Positions 51,287 to 62,746 of a DNA stretch of 64,000 bases are shown here, piece after piece. The number at the start of each line of letters is the position of its first letter. The first letter of the stretch is position 1. The stretch covers positions 1,376,001 through 1,440,000 of the forward strand of contig OZ219856.1 of NCBI GenBank assembly GCA_964291395.2, in the 5' to 3' direction. This stretch comes from Alphaproteobacteria bacterium. Its GTDB lineage: Bacteria > Pseudomonadota > Alphaproteobacteria > UBA2966. The notes below the pieces were generated by a model, which did no database searches, was not told the origin of the DNA, and saw nothing but the letters and a program-made list of their open reading frames with translations. A program made the position numbers and the translations under genes.

Positions 51287-53518
51287 ATGTCCACCAAGCT
51301 ACAGATTCTGAACGAGAATTCACTGCACCGAATATCGGTCTGGGCCCGGGACGTGGGTCTGGGCCGCAAGCTCGCGGTAGCTCTGCTCATCGCAGCAATT
51401 GTGTCCGGCGTGGCGACCTACATCGTGCTCACTGGCTCTTCGCCGTTCGGACCTGATCCTCGGGTGGTCTTCAGCCTGCTTCTCGTGGACTTGGTCTTGG
51501 GATTGCTTCTCGGCGCGGTCGTCTCATTCCGACTGGTAAGGCTGTGGTTGGAGAGGCGCCGAGGAGAGGCGGGCTCGCGATTGCATACCCGTCTGGTGTT
51601 CATGTTCAGCTTCGTGGCGGTCGCGCCCGCCATCGTCGTCGCGGTGTTCTCGTTCCTGTTCTTCGATCTGGGTGTCCAGGCCTGGTTCAGCGATCCCGTC
51701 AGGAGGGCGGTTTCCGAGTCCTTGGTCGTCGCCAAGGCGTACACCAAGGAGCATCGTCAGCTCATTCGGGCGGACGCGCTGGCGATGGCCGTGGATCTGA
51801 ACCGGGAAGCGCCTTCGCTCATTCGCAATCCGGCGCGGTTCAGACAGATCGTGGCGGCGCAAACCGCGCTGAGAGGCCTCTCGGAAGCCATCGTCTTCGA
51901 ACGCGGTGGACGAGTCCTCGCCAGATCCGAGCTCGCGTTCTCCATGGCGTTCGAACTCGCTCCGGATGATGCCATGGAACAGGCTGAAAGCGGTGAGGTC
52001 GCGATCGTCAATGACGACAACTACGACCGCGTGAGGGCCTTGGTCCGTCTCGATCACGTCCCGAACGCGTTCCTCTTCGTCGGTCGCTACGTGGATCCGA
52101 AAGTGCATAGTTACGTCGCCCGGGCGGAGCTTGCCGTCGACGAATACCAGCGTCTGGAAGGTGCGAGATCGGGCATCCGCATCAACTTCGTCCTGATCTT
52201 CGCTATCGTGGCGTTGCTCATGCTGCTTGCCGCGATTTGGTTCGCGCTGTCATTCGCGGCGCGTCTGATGGGACCGGTGTCCAGTCTGGTCGGCGCGGCC
52301 GAACAAGCGCGTGGCGGCGATCTGTCCGTCCGCGTTCCCGAAGGACCGTTGGACGATGAGATCGGCACGCTGAGCCGCGCCTTCAACCGGATGACGTCTC
52401 AACTCCAGGCACATCGCACCGAACTCGTCGACGCCAACCAGCAACTGGAAACCCGTCGGCGTTTCACGGAAGCGGTACTCTCCGGTGTGTCCGCCGGCGT
52501 TATCGGCCTCGACGCCAACGGTCGGATCAACCTGCCCAACCGCTCGGCCACCCAGTTGTTGGACATGGATGCCGAGTCGCTGGCGGGTCAGTCCCTCGTC
52601 AATGCGGTTCCAGAGATGGCGGGTTTGCTCATGGCTGCCCGTAGCCGTCCGGGCAGGATCGCGGAAGGTGACGTTTCGATCACCCGGCGCGGCAGGAAGC
52701 GGACACTGCATTGCAGAATTTCCGCGGAGGGCAGAGGTGACAATCTCGATGGTTTCGTCGTCACCTTCGACGATATCACGGACCTTGTATCCGCACAGAG
52801 GACCTCTGCATGGGCGGACATCGCACGGCGGATCGCCCATGAAATCAAGAATCCGTTGACGCCGATTCAACTTTCGGCAGAGCGCCTGAAACGCAAGTAT
52901 CAGGATGAGGTTTCATCGGATCCGCATGTCTTCAGTCAGTGTACGGACACCATTATTCGTCAGGTCGGGGATATCGGGCGGATGATCGACGAGTTCTCCG
53001 CGTTCGCACGCATGCCGTCACCCAACTTTAATCCGGAGAACCTTCGAGACCTCGTGCAGCAGGCGCTGTTCATGCAGCAGGTTGCACACCCCAACATCGA
53101 GTTCAAAAGCAACTTGCCGGACGGGGAAGTCGAATTGATGTGTGATCGCCACCAGACGGCACAGGTTCTGACAAACCTGCTGCAGAACGCCGCCGACGCG
53201 ATCAACGAAGACGGGCCTGCCGAAGAAACCGGTCCGGCCGGCAAGATCGAGGTGGCGGTTGAGGACGACGGTTCGTCGGTGACTGTGGAGATCTCCGACA
53301 ATGGACCCGGCTTGCCGGCAGAGCAGCGGGATCGTTTGTTCGAGCCCTACGTTACGACACGGGCCAAGGGAACGGGCCTCGGATTGGCCATCGTGAAAAA
53401 AGTGATGGAGGATCACTCTGGCGAACTATTTCTCGAAAACGGGCCTAGCGGCGGTACCTGTGCCCGTTTGGTATTCCATCGCGAAGTGAAGGAATCGTCG
53501 GATGAACGGGCGGCGTGA
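51287..53518 (+). CDS. ntrY: sensor histidine kinase NtrY
   Basis: TM-periplasmic-HAMP-PAS; AWADIARRIAHEIKNPLTPI. Confidence 0.95.
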   Translation: MSTKLQILNENSLHRISVWARDVGLGRKLAVALLIAAIVSGVATYIVLTGSSPFGPDPRVVFSLLLVDLVLGLLLGAVVSFRLVRLWLERRRGEAGSRLHTRLVFMFSFVAVAPAIVVAVFSFLFFDLGVQAWFSDPVRRAVSESLVVAKAYTKEHRQLIRADALAMAVDLNREAPSLIRNPARFRQIVAAQTALRGLSEAIVFERGGRVLARSELAFSMAFELAPDDAMEQAESGEVAIVNDDNYDRVRALVRLDHVPNAFLFVGRYVDPKVHSYVARAELAVDEYQRLEGARSGIRINFVLIFAIVALLMLLAAIWFALSFAARLMGPVSSLVGAAEQARGGDLSVRVPEGPLDDEIGTLSRAFNRMTSQLQAHRTELVDANQQLETRRRFTEAVLSGVSAGVIGLDANGRINLPNRSATQLLDMDAESLAGQSLVNAVPEMAGLLMAARSRPGRIAEGDVSITRRGRKRTLHCRISAEGRGDNLDGFVVTFDDITDLVSAQRTSAWADIARRIAHEIKNPLTPIQLSAERLKRKYQDEVSSDPHVFSQCTDTIIRQVGDIGRMIDEFSAFARMPSPNFNPENLRDLVQQALFMQQVAHPNIEFKSNLPDGEVELMCDRHQTAQVLTNLLQNAADAINEDGPAEETGPAGKIEVAVEDDGSSVTVEISDNGPGLPAEQRDRLFEPYVTTRAKGTGLGLAIVKKVMEDHSGELFLENGPSGGTCARLVFHREVKESSDERAA

Positions 53519-53543
53519 TCTCGACTCGGGCGGGTGCTGAAGC

Positions 53544-54944
53544 ATGGCTAGTGACATACTGATCGTCGACGACGAGGCCGACATTCGGGAGCTGGTTTCG
53601 GGAATTCTGGTCGACGAGGGATACGAAGCACGTGTCGCGTCAGACAGCAAGTCGGCCCTTCAGGAGGTCACCCGGCGACTGCCCACGCTTTTGATCCTCG
53701 ATATCTGGCTTCAGGGCAGCGAGATCGATGGACTGGAACTGCTGGACATCGTGCTCGGCGATCATCCGCACCTGCCTGCCATCATGATCAGTGGTCACGG
53801 CAATATCGAGACGGCCGTTTCGGCCATCAAGAGAGGGGCGTACGATTACATCGAAAAGCCATTTAAGACCGACCGCTTGATCACTGTCGTCTCGAGAGCT
53901 ATCGAAACGGCGCGGCTCCGCCGCGAGAACGAGGAGCTTCGCCTGCGGACGTGGCAGGAGACGGCTCTGATTGGCGAATCAAACGAGATCGAAGCCTTGA
54001 GGGCCGCCATCGGTAAGGTGGCACCCACTGGTGCGCGCGCTTTGATCACCGGACCATCGGGGTCCGGAAAGGAAGTTGCTGCGCGACTGCTTCACGAACG
54101 TTCCGCAAGATCCAGAGGGCCCTTCGTCGTCCTGAACGCCGCTAGTATGGCGCCCGAACGGGTCGAGGTCGAGCTGTTCGGCGTGGAGGAGGGCACCGAG
54201 GGTGCCGACCGGCGGCGCAAGATCGGCACGCTGGAGCAGGCGCATGGCGGGACGTTGTTCATCGACGAAGTCGCGGACATGCCGTTGGAGACGCAGGCCA
54301 AAATCCTTCGCGTCCTCCAGGAACAACGTTTCGAGAGGGTCGGGGGGACCACGAAAATCCAAGTGGATGTGCGAGTCGTCAGCGCGTCCACGCGCGATTT
54401 GATGGCCGAGATCGCCGCCGGCCGGTTTCGGGAAGACCTGTACCATCGACTCAACGTCGTTCCCATTCGTGTGCCGGCGTTGAACGATCGCCCGGATGAC
54501 GTTCCCATCCTCACTCGTTACTTTCTCAAGCGCATCGCCGATGCTTCGGGGCTCAGCCCATGCGAAATCAGTGAAGACGCGTTGGCGGTCCTACAGGCCT
54601 GTGAGTGGCCGGGAAACGTGCGCGAACTAAGGAACCTGATCGAACGCCTTCTGATCATGGCGCCGGAGCGGCCTGTCAGGGTCATCCGGGTCGATGAGTT
54701 GCCACCGGAGTACACGATGGGGCCTCGATCAGCCATCGCGTTCAATGGTCGTGAAGAGATCATGGCCATGCCGCTCCGCGAGGCGCGCGAAGTATTTGAA
54801 CGCGAGTACCTTGCGGCTCAAGTCACGAGATTCCGCGGGAATATCTCCCGAACGGCGGGATTCGTGGGTATGGAACGGTCGGCGCTTCATCGCAAGCTGA
54901 AGTCTCTTGGGGTCGGTGGCAACGGAACCGATCGTGCCGCTTGA
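53544..54944 (+). CDS. ntrX: response regulator NtrX
   Basis: LDIWLQGS, AAA+ domain without GAFTGA, GMERSALHRKLK. Confidence 0.96.
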   Translation: MASDILIVDDEADIRELVSGILVDEGYEARVASDSKSALQEVTRRLPTLLILDIWLQGSEIDGLELLDIVLGDHPHLPAIMISGHGNIETAVSAIKRGAYDYIEKPFKTDRLITVVSRAIETARLRRENEELRLRTWQETALIGESNEIEALRAAIGKVAPTGARALITGPSGSGKEVAARLLHERSARSRGPFVVLNAASMAPERVEVELFGVEEGTEGADRRRKIGTLEQAHGGTLFIDEVADMPLETQAKILRVLQEQRFERVGGTTKIQVDVRVVSASTRDLMAEIAAGRFREDLYHRLNVVPIRVPALNDRPDDVPILTRYFLKRIADASGLSPCEISEDALAVLQACEWPGNVRELRNLIERLLIMAPERPVRVIRVDELPPEYTMGPRSAIAFNGREEIMAMPLREAREVFEREYLAAQVTRFRGNISRTAGFVGMERSALHRKLKSLGVGGNGTDRAA

Positions 54945-54981
54945 GCGCGCATCCGCCGACACGATGATTTCGAGCTAGCCC

Positions 54982-56358
54982 ATGAAGGTCATCGTATGCG
55001 GTGCCGGCTTGGTCGGTTTCAACATCGCCCGATATCTGTCTGGTGAAAGAAACGACGTGACGGTCATCGATCAGTCGCCCGACCTCATCAAGCGGGTGAG
55101 CGACCAACTGGATGTGCAGGGCATCGTCGGATTTGCCTCCCATCCGGACGTGCTCGATGCCGCCGACGCAGGTGGAGCCGACGTCATCATCGCCGTCACG
55201 CAGCGCGACGAAGTCAATATGGTTGCGTGCCAGGTTGCGCACGGCCTCTTCAACATTCCCACGAAAATCGCCCGCGTCCGGGCTCAGAATTATCTCGACC
55301 CCGCATGGAGCGATCTGTTTACCCGCGAGAACTTGCCCATTGACGTGACCATTTCTCCGGAGATCGAGGTCGCCCGCGCCGTCATGCGCCGCCTGCAGGT
55401 ACCGGGAGCGATCGACATGGTTCCGTTCGCCGATGGCAAGGTTCAAGTGATTGCGACACGGCTCAACGAAGGATGCCCCGTTGTCGACACCCCGCTGCGG
55501 AGGCTGACCGAATTGTTCCCCGACCTCCATATCCGAGTCATGGGAATCGTCCGGGATCAGAAAGTCATGGCCCTGTCGGGAGACAGCTCCATGTCTGTCG
55601 GTGACGAGGTCTACTTTGCAGCTGAAGTCGATCACGTGCCACGGGCCCTGGCGGCATTCGGACATGAGGAAGTCGAGGCACGCCGGGTGTTGATCGTGGG
55701 CGGCGGCAATGTCGGCCTGTCGCTCGCCAGGGAAATCGAGGAGGCCTACCCCAGGGTTTCTCCCAAGATCATCGAGCATAACCGGGAACGCGCGGGCGAC
55801 ATCGCTGAACAACTGCAGCGAACGGTGGTCCTGTGCGGCGACGTTCTGGATCGCGATATACTCAACGAGGCCAACGTGCAGGCCACGGAAACGGTCGTGG
55901 CCGTGACCAATGACGATGAGGTCAACATTCTGGCTTCGCTGCTCGCGAAGAGCGAGGGTTGCGAGCGGGCGATCACGCTGATCAACAACGTGACCTTTGA
56001 ACCGCTGCTGGCCTCGTTGGGAATCGATGTGGTGGTCAATCCCCGTGCCATCACGGTGTCGCGAATCCTTCAGTACGTGAGGCGCGGTCGTATTCGTGGA
56101 GTTCACAGTCTCAGGGACGGCCTGGCCGAAATCATCGAGGCCGAGGCCATGGAAACCTCGTCGATGGTCGGAGTTCCGATCCGGGACGTGGACCTCCCGG
56201 GCGGTATGGTCGCGGGGGCGGTGATTCGCGGCGATGAAGTCATCATTCCCAGGGGTAGTACGGTGATTCAGCCCAAGGATCGGGTGGTGATCTTCACGAT
56301 CGCCGAAGACGTCAAACATCTGGAAAAAATGTTCTCCGTACGTCTCGAGTATTTCTGA
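54982..56358 (+). CDS. trkA: Trk potassium uptake protein TrkA
   Basis: Two RCK pairs: GAGLVG and GGGNVG. Confidence 0.96.
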   Translation: MKVIVCGAGLVGFNIARYLSGERNDVTVIDQSPDLIKRVSDQLDVQGIVGFASHPDVLDAADAGGADVIIAVTQRDEVNMVACQVAHGLFNIPTKIARVRAQNYLDPAWSDLFTRENLPIDVTISPEIEVARAVMRRLQVPGAIDMVPFADGKVQVIATRLNEGCPVVDTPLRRLTELFPDLHIRVMGIVRDQKVMALSGDSSMSVGDEVYFAAEVDHVPRALAAFGHEEVEARRVLIVGGGNVGLSLAREIEEAYPRVSPKIIEHNRERAGDIAEQLQRTVVLCGDVLDRDILNEANVQATETVVAVTNDDEVNILASLLAKSEGCERAITLINNVTFEPLLASLGIDVVVNPRAITVSRILQYVRRGRIRGVHSLRDGLAEIIEAEAMETSSMVGVPIRDVDLPGGMVAGAVIRGDEVIIPRGSTVIQPKDRVVIFTIAEDVKHLEKMFSVRLEYF

Positions 56359-56379
56359 GGACCTCGCCGGCAATCCCCA

Positions 56380-57834
56380 ATGGCGTATGCAATTGCACTG
56401 TCCACCTTGGGATGGACGCTGGCGGGATTCGCCCTGATGATGCTCGTCCCCGCGTTCGTGGCGTTCGGATACGCGGAAACCGATCAGGCGTGGACCTTTC
56501 TGGTCTCCGCTGGCCTGACCATGTTCTCGGGCGGCGCCCTCGTCATCGCCACGCGCGGCACGCCGCGCAGCCCCAATCAACGAGAGGCTTTCGCGCTGGC
56601 GGTCCTGGTCTGGCTCGTGCTGCCGCTTTTTGGCGCTTTGCCCTTCTTCTATATCGGTGTCGTGCCGACGGTAACCGATGCCTATTTCGAGGCGATGTCA
56701 GGTCTCACCACTACGGGCGCGACGGTTCTCAATAAACTGGAGATCATCGAACGGAGTGTTCTCATTTGGCGAGCGCTGCTGCAGTGGCTCGGAGGCCTGG
56801 CTACCGTGATGCTGACGGTCGTCTTGCTGTCCTTCTACAGCGTCGGCGCCATGAAACTGTTCCGTAGCGCCATGCCACGCGGGGAGCGCCATGACCTCCG
56901 GATTCAATTGGTGCAGTCGCTGCAAGCCATTTGGTGGATCTACCTGGCGCTGACGTCGGCGTGCGCGCTCAGTCTGTTTCTCGCCGGTCTCGGTATTTTT
57001 GAGTCCATCTGTCTGGCGATGAGCACATTGTCTACCGGCGGTTTTTCTATCCGGGATGGTTCGCTCGCATCATTTTCTTCACCAGCGGTCGAGTCGGTTC
57101 TCATCGTCTTCATGCTGGCCGGCGCTATCAATTTCACCTTTCATTGGGCGGTGTTTCACGGTCGGGGGTGGCGGGTCTATGCCGGCGATCCAGAAGTGAG
57201 ATACCTCATCGCCGTCGCCGTGGGGGCGAGCCTGGTGCTCGTCGCGACATTCCTCGTGGTCGGCCATCTGGGAGCGTTCGAATCGCTCCGAACGGGAGTC
57301 TTCAACGTGATTTCCATGATGACGACGACGGGATTCCATACCGGCGACCCCGCTCGTTGGCCATTGTTCGTGACGCTGCTGCTGACTGTGCTCGCGCTCG
57401 TCGGCGGATGTACGGGCTCGACCACCGGCGGCCTCAAAATGCTGAGGCTTTCCATCCTGATCAAGTTGGTAGCTCGGGAGTTGAACCGGCTGCCTCATCC
57501 TAGTTCCATCCGGCGGGTCATCTATGCAGGTCAGGTGGCGGATGAGTCACCGCTGAGTGGCATCCTGACGTTTTTCTGTATCTACGCGGTCGCATTAGGC
57601 TTCATCGGCGCCGCACTCTCCCTGTTCGGACTGGAATTTCATCACGCGTTCACGGCCGGTGCGGCGGCTTTGAGCAACACGGGTCCTTTGACGGTATTAG
57701 CGGTGGGTGGTGAAGGGGGCTACGATGCTCTCGCGGCAGGGGCAAAGTGGACGCTTTGCGCGGCAATGCTCCTGGGAAGGCTGGAGGTGTTTGCCCTGTT
57801 GGCATTTCTCGCCGGTGTGTTTCGGCGGGCGTAA
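56380..57834 (+). CDS. trkH: Trk potassium uptake permease TrkH
   Basis: SGLTTTGAT, STGGF, TTTGF, GSTTGGLK, MLLGRLE. Confidence 0.95.
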   Translation: MAYAIALSTLGWTLAGFALMMLVPAFVAFGYAETDQAWTFLVSAGLTMFSGGALVIATRGTPRSPNQREAFALAVLVWLVLPLFGALPFFYIGVVPTVTDAYFEAMSGLTTTGATVLNKLEIIERSVLIWRALLQWLGGLATVMLTVVLLSFYSVGAMKLFRSAMPRGERHDLRIQLVQSLQAIWWIYLALTSACALSLFLAGLGIFESICLAMSTLSTGGFSIRDGSLASFSSPAVESVLIVFMLAGAINFTFHWAVFHGRGWRVYAGDPEVRYLIAVAVGASLVLVATFLVVGHLGAFESLRTGVFNVISMMTTTGFHTGDPARWPLFVTLLLTVLALVGGCTGSTTGGLKMLRLSILIKLVARELNRLPHPSSIRRVIYAGQVADESPLSGILTFFCIYAVALGFIGAALSLFGLEFHHAFTAGAAALSNTGPLTVLAVGGEGGYDALAAGAKWTLCAAMLLGRLEVFALLAFLAGVFRRA

Positions 57835-57851
57835 CAACACGGAGTTGGATC

Positions 57852-58703
57852 ATGTCCCGGGTTGCCTATGTCAATGGTCGCTACGTGCCGTTCGTCGATG
57901 CGGCCGTTCACATTGAAGACCGCGGATATCAGTTCGCCGACGGTGTCTACGAAGTCATGGCCGTGCGCGACGGTCGGCTCGCCGATCTGGAACCGCATCT
58001 CGACCGGCTCGACCGGTCACTGGCCGAGCTCCACATGGAGACGGCCATGTCTCGCCGCGCGCTGGCCGTCGTCTTCGAGGAAATCGTTCGGCGCAACCGG
58101 GTTGCCAATGGAATCGTCTACTTGCAGATGACGCGCGGAGTGGCCAAGCGCGACCACGCGTTTCCCCACAATTGCAAGACGTCCGTTGTGGTAACCGCGC
58201 GCAACGTGCCGCCGCATCCCGCCGCCATCATCGAGAAGGGTGTCAGAGTCGTCACGGTTCCAGACATCCGTTGGAAGAGGTGCGATATCAAATCCGTCTC
58301 TCTTCTGCCGAATGTTCTCGCCAAACAGAAGGCCAAGGGGGCTGGTGCGTACGAAGCCTGGATGGTCGATGAAGACGGTCATGTCACGGAAGGCAGCTCC
58401 ACCAATGCCTGGATCGTCGAGCGCTCGGGAGATCTGATCACGCGTCATCTCGACAACGCCATCCTTTCGGGTATCACGCGGATGGTGGTCAGCGATCTGG
58501 CGATGAGGCAACAGCGGCGCCTCGTGGAGCGACCGTTCACTCTCGAGGAAGCGGAAGCGGCGAGCGAAGCATTTTTGACTAGTACGACGTCCTTTGTGAC
58601 ACCGGTGGTTCAAATCAATGACGTTTCAGTCGGCACCGGTACGCCGGGTCCCGTGACTCAGGCGCTGCATGACCTCTACGATGCACATCTGTCAGGGCAG
58701 TAA
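57852..58703 (+). CDS. dat: D-amino-acid aminotransferase (class IV)
   Basis: EDRGYQFADGVYE, RCDIKS, EGSSTN, ILSGITR. Confidence 0.9.
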   Translation: MSRVAYVNGRYVPFVDAAVHIEDRGYQFADGVYEVMAVRDGRLADLEPHLDRLDRSLAELHMETAMSRRALAVVFEEIVRRNRVANGIVYLQMTRGVAKRDHAFPHNCKTSVVVTARNVPPHPAAIIEKGVRVVTVPDIRWKRCDIKSVSLLPNVLAKQKAKGAGAYEAWMVDEDGHVTEGSSTNAWIVERSGDLITRHLDNAILSGITRMVVSDLAMRQQRRLVERPFTLEEAEAASEAFLTSTTSFVTPVVQINDVSVGTGTPGPVTQALHDLYDAHLSGQ

Positions 58704-58853
58704 AGTGATATGGCATCCAGTAGAATTCTCGTGTTGTACTAGGGCAGGCAACATCTACTGTTTGAGCGGTAAAGCCGTATGATGGTCGAGCGCCCATTTG
58801 GATGGATTTGATGATGGCGTCGGTTGGTGACGGAAAAACAGGGCGGAAAAAAC

Positions 58854-59111
58854 ATGGCCGCGAACAAAAGCCAAAATCTACAGGACACTTTTCTCAATCA
58901 GATCCGGAAAAACAAGATCCCGGTCACCGTGTTTCTGGTCAACGGGGTGAAGCTTCAGGGTGTGATTGGTTCATTCGACAATTTCTGCGTGCTGTTGCGT
59001 CGGAACGGCCACGTTCAACTGGTATACAAACACGCGATTTCCACAGTGATGCCGAGTCAGCCGGTTCAGTTGTTCGACCCGACGGAGGCCAGCGCCGCTG
59101 AAGAAGAATAG
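58854..59111 (+). CDS. hfq: RNA chaperone Hfq
   Basis: [29 protein letters not shown]. Confidence 0.98.
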   Translation: MAANKSQNLQDTFLNQIRKNKIPVTVFLVNGVKLQGVIGSFDNFCVLLRRNGHVQLVYKHAISTVMPSQPVQLFDPTEASAAEEE

Positions 59112-59172
59112 AACTCCGCAGACCGTCGGAAACCGGGAAAGCTCCGTCCCCACGGACCGGAAATCTGCTGCT

Positions 59173-60507
59173 GTGAGCAGCAAGGAATGTCGAAACGGTT
59201 TCAGCCGAACCGGAACCGCTCTGGTCTTTCATCCGCGACTGAACAAGGGGTGCAACGGTTCCGCTCCGACCAGAGATGCCGCTTCCGCGCTCGAGGAGGC
59301 GACGCGTCTGGCCGAAGCCATCGGACTTGCCGTCGCGCATTCGGAAGCGGTCACCGTCGCGCAACCACGACCGGCGACATTGTTCGGTAGTGGACGTGTC
59401 GAGAGTATCGGCCGCCTGACCCGGAAACTCTCCGCCGAAATCTGCGTCGTGGACGGAAAGCTGAGTCCGATCCAGCAACGCAATCTCGAACGCGCCTGGG
59501 ATTGCAAGGTGATTGACCGCACTGGACTGATCCTGGAGATATTCGGTGCCCGCGCGCGGACTCGTGAAGGACGTCTGCAAGTCGATCTGGCGGCATTGGA
59601 ATATCAGCGAAGCCGATTGGTGAGATCGTGGACACACCTCGAGCGTCAGCGCGGCGGTTTCGGTTTCATGGGCGGCCCCGGCGAGACTCAGATCGAAGCT
59701 GACCGTCGTCAGATCGCCGAGCGGGTCGCGCGCCTCAAGCGGGAGCTGGGCCAGTTGATCCGGACGCGAGGACTTCACCGGTCCAGCCGCAAAAAGGTGC
59801 CCTATCCGGTCGTCGCGCTGGTGGGATACACCAATGCGGGCAAGTCGACGCTGTTTAATCGTTTGACGGACGCCGACGTGGTGGCCAAGGACATGCTGTT
59901 CGCGACGCTCGACCCGACGATGCGGGGCGTTACGCTGCCTAGCGGTCGGCGCATCATTCTGTCCGACACGGTCGGATTTATCTCCGATCTCCCGACGACC
60001 CTCATTGCCGCCTTCCGAGCAACGCTGGAAGAGGTCGTGGAGGCGGATCTCATCGTGCACGTGCGGGATTCATCTCATTCGGACCCCACTCGGCAAAAGG
60101 CCGATGTGCTCGCCGTCATGGAGGAGCTCGGTGTCACCGCGGACGCGACCGAACGAACTCTCGATGTCCTCAACAAGATCGATCTGCTGGATCCCGGCAA
60201 GCGCGCCGCCGTGATCGCCCGATCGTCGGCCGACCCATTGCAGGTGTCCGTTTCGGCCCGCACAGGGGAGGGAACCAATGAACTTCTGCTCAGGATGGAT
60301 CGGTTGCTGTCCGCCAGTCGCAGGACGTTGGATCTAGAGATTGCGCTCAGTGACGGGGCGACGCTCGCTTGGCTCTATCGTCACGGGGATGTCGTCAGCC
60401 GCGAAGACGTGGACGGCTTTGCCCATATGAAAGTGGGTTTGGATGCCCGTGCCGTCGCCCGCTTCGAACGCCGAATGGCCTCCGGGGAGACTCCAGTAGT
60501 TCAGTGA
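59173..60507 (+). CDS. hflX: GTPase HflX
   Basis: GPGETQIE, GYTNAGKS, FATLD, DTVGF, NKID; follows hfq. Confidence 0.97.
   Translation: MSSKECRNGFSRTGTALVFHPRLNKGCNGSAPTRDAASALEEATRLAEAIGLAVAHSEAVTVAQPRPATLFGSGRVESIGRLTRKLSAEICVVDGKLSPIQQRNLERAWDCKVIDRTGLILEIFGARARTREGRLQVDLAALEYQRSRLVRSWTHLERQRGGFGFMGGPGETQIEADRRQIAERVARLKRELGQLIRTRGLHRSSRKKVPYPVVALVGYTNAGKSTLFNRLTDADVVAKDMLFATLDPTMRGVTLPSGRRIILSDTVGFISDLPTTLIAAFRATLEEVVEADLIVHVRDSSHSDPTRQKADVLAVMEELGVTADATERTLDVLNKIDLLDPGKRAAVIARSSADPLQVSVSARTGEGTNELLLRMDRLLSASRRTLDLEIALSDGATLAWLYRHGDVVSREDVDGFAHMKVGLDARAVARFERRMASGETPVVQ
59174..59222 (+). repeat. double-hairpin repeat, copy 5 (right part, inside the hflX 5' end)
   Basis: 59174-59219 matches 31519-31564 at 38/46 nt ungapped (counted by hand). 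Confidence 0.8.
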
Positions 60508-60532
60508 TCCCGAGGTCTCGGGTTGCCACTTC

Positions 60533-60565
60533 GCTTTCCACAGGCTTTCCGCAGGCTTTCCGCAG
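60533..60565 (+). repeat. 3 x 11 bp tandem repeat abutting the groES -35
   Basis: GCTTTCCACAG GCTTTCCGCAG GCTTTCCGCAG. Confidence 0.8.
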
Positions 60566-60566
60566 G

Positions 60567-60595
60567 TTGACAGCGAATTAGCGCATCACTATATA
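60567..60595 (+). promoter_or_regulatory. groESL promoter
   Basis: TTGACA, 17 bp spacer, TATATA (the CTATAT context also fits alphaproteobacterial RpoH). Confidence 0.8.
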
Positions 60596-60597
60596 CG

Positions 60598-60624
60598 CTG
60601 GCACTCGCAAGGTTAGAGTGCTAA
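60598..60624. promoter_or_regulatory. CIRCE element (HrcA operator)
   Basis: CTGGCACTC-N9-GAGTGCTAA versus consensus TTAGCACTC-N9-GAGTGCTAA. Confidence 0.92.
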
Positions 60625-60684
60625 TGCGGCCTGCCCGCAACGGTCTTTATCGCAACGGGCAGTGCTGCATCACGGAGGACGTCA

Positions 60685-60972
60685 ATGAACATCAAGCCGC
60701 TGCACGACCGCGTGCTCGTCCGTCGAATTGAAGAGGATGCTAAGTCGCCGGGCGGTATCATCATCCCGGATACCGCCAAGGAGAAGCCAATGGAAGGCGA
60801 AGTGCTCGCGGTCGGCGGCGGCGCACGGGATGACAACGGCAAGCTCGTGCCTCTGGATGTGAAGAAAGGCGACCGCATCCTGTTTGGGAAGTGGTCAGGT
60901 ACCGAGGTCACCGTGAACGGCGAGGAACTCGTCATCATGCGTGAGTCGGACGTGATGGGTGTCTTGGAATAA
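60685..60972 (+). CDS. groES: co-chaperonin GroES
   Basis: [21 protein letters not shown]. Confidence 0.98.
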   Translation: MNIKPLHDRVLVRRIEEDAKSPGGIIIPDTAKEKPMEGEVLAVGGGARDDNGKLVPLDVKKGDRILFGKWSGTEVTVNGEELVIMRESDVMGVLE

Positions 60973-62625
<1,653 letters not shown>

Positions 62626-62650
62626 CCGGTCGCGACCAGCAACGCTTAGT

Positions 62651-62683
62651 GGAAAGGGTCACCGTTTGGTGGCCCTTTCCTTA
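62651..62683 (+). terminator. intrinsic terminator after groEL
   Basis: GGAAAGGGTCACC-GTTT-GGTGGCCCTTTCC stem; a second small hairpin with a T-run at ~62721-62743. Confidence 0.75.
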
Positions 62684-62746
62684 TGAAACCGGTGTGCGAG
62701 ATCCCGCATTCGCCGGTTGTCCGGGTCGGGCACCCGTTTTTTTACC

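Noticed and set aside
53544-54944. NtrX lacking the GAFTGA motif as a degenerate activator
   Set aside because: This is the known normal state for NtrX.
54823-56580. 585 aa minus-strand ORF, and similar long antisense ORFs at 48855-50138, 58939-60060, 60895-62190, 40084-41232 and 33540-34619
   Set aside because: Shadow frames fully antisense to clearly identified genes; no motifs; expected in GC-rich DNA.
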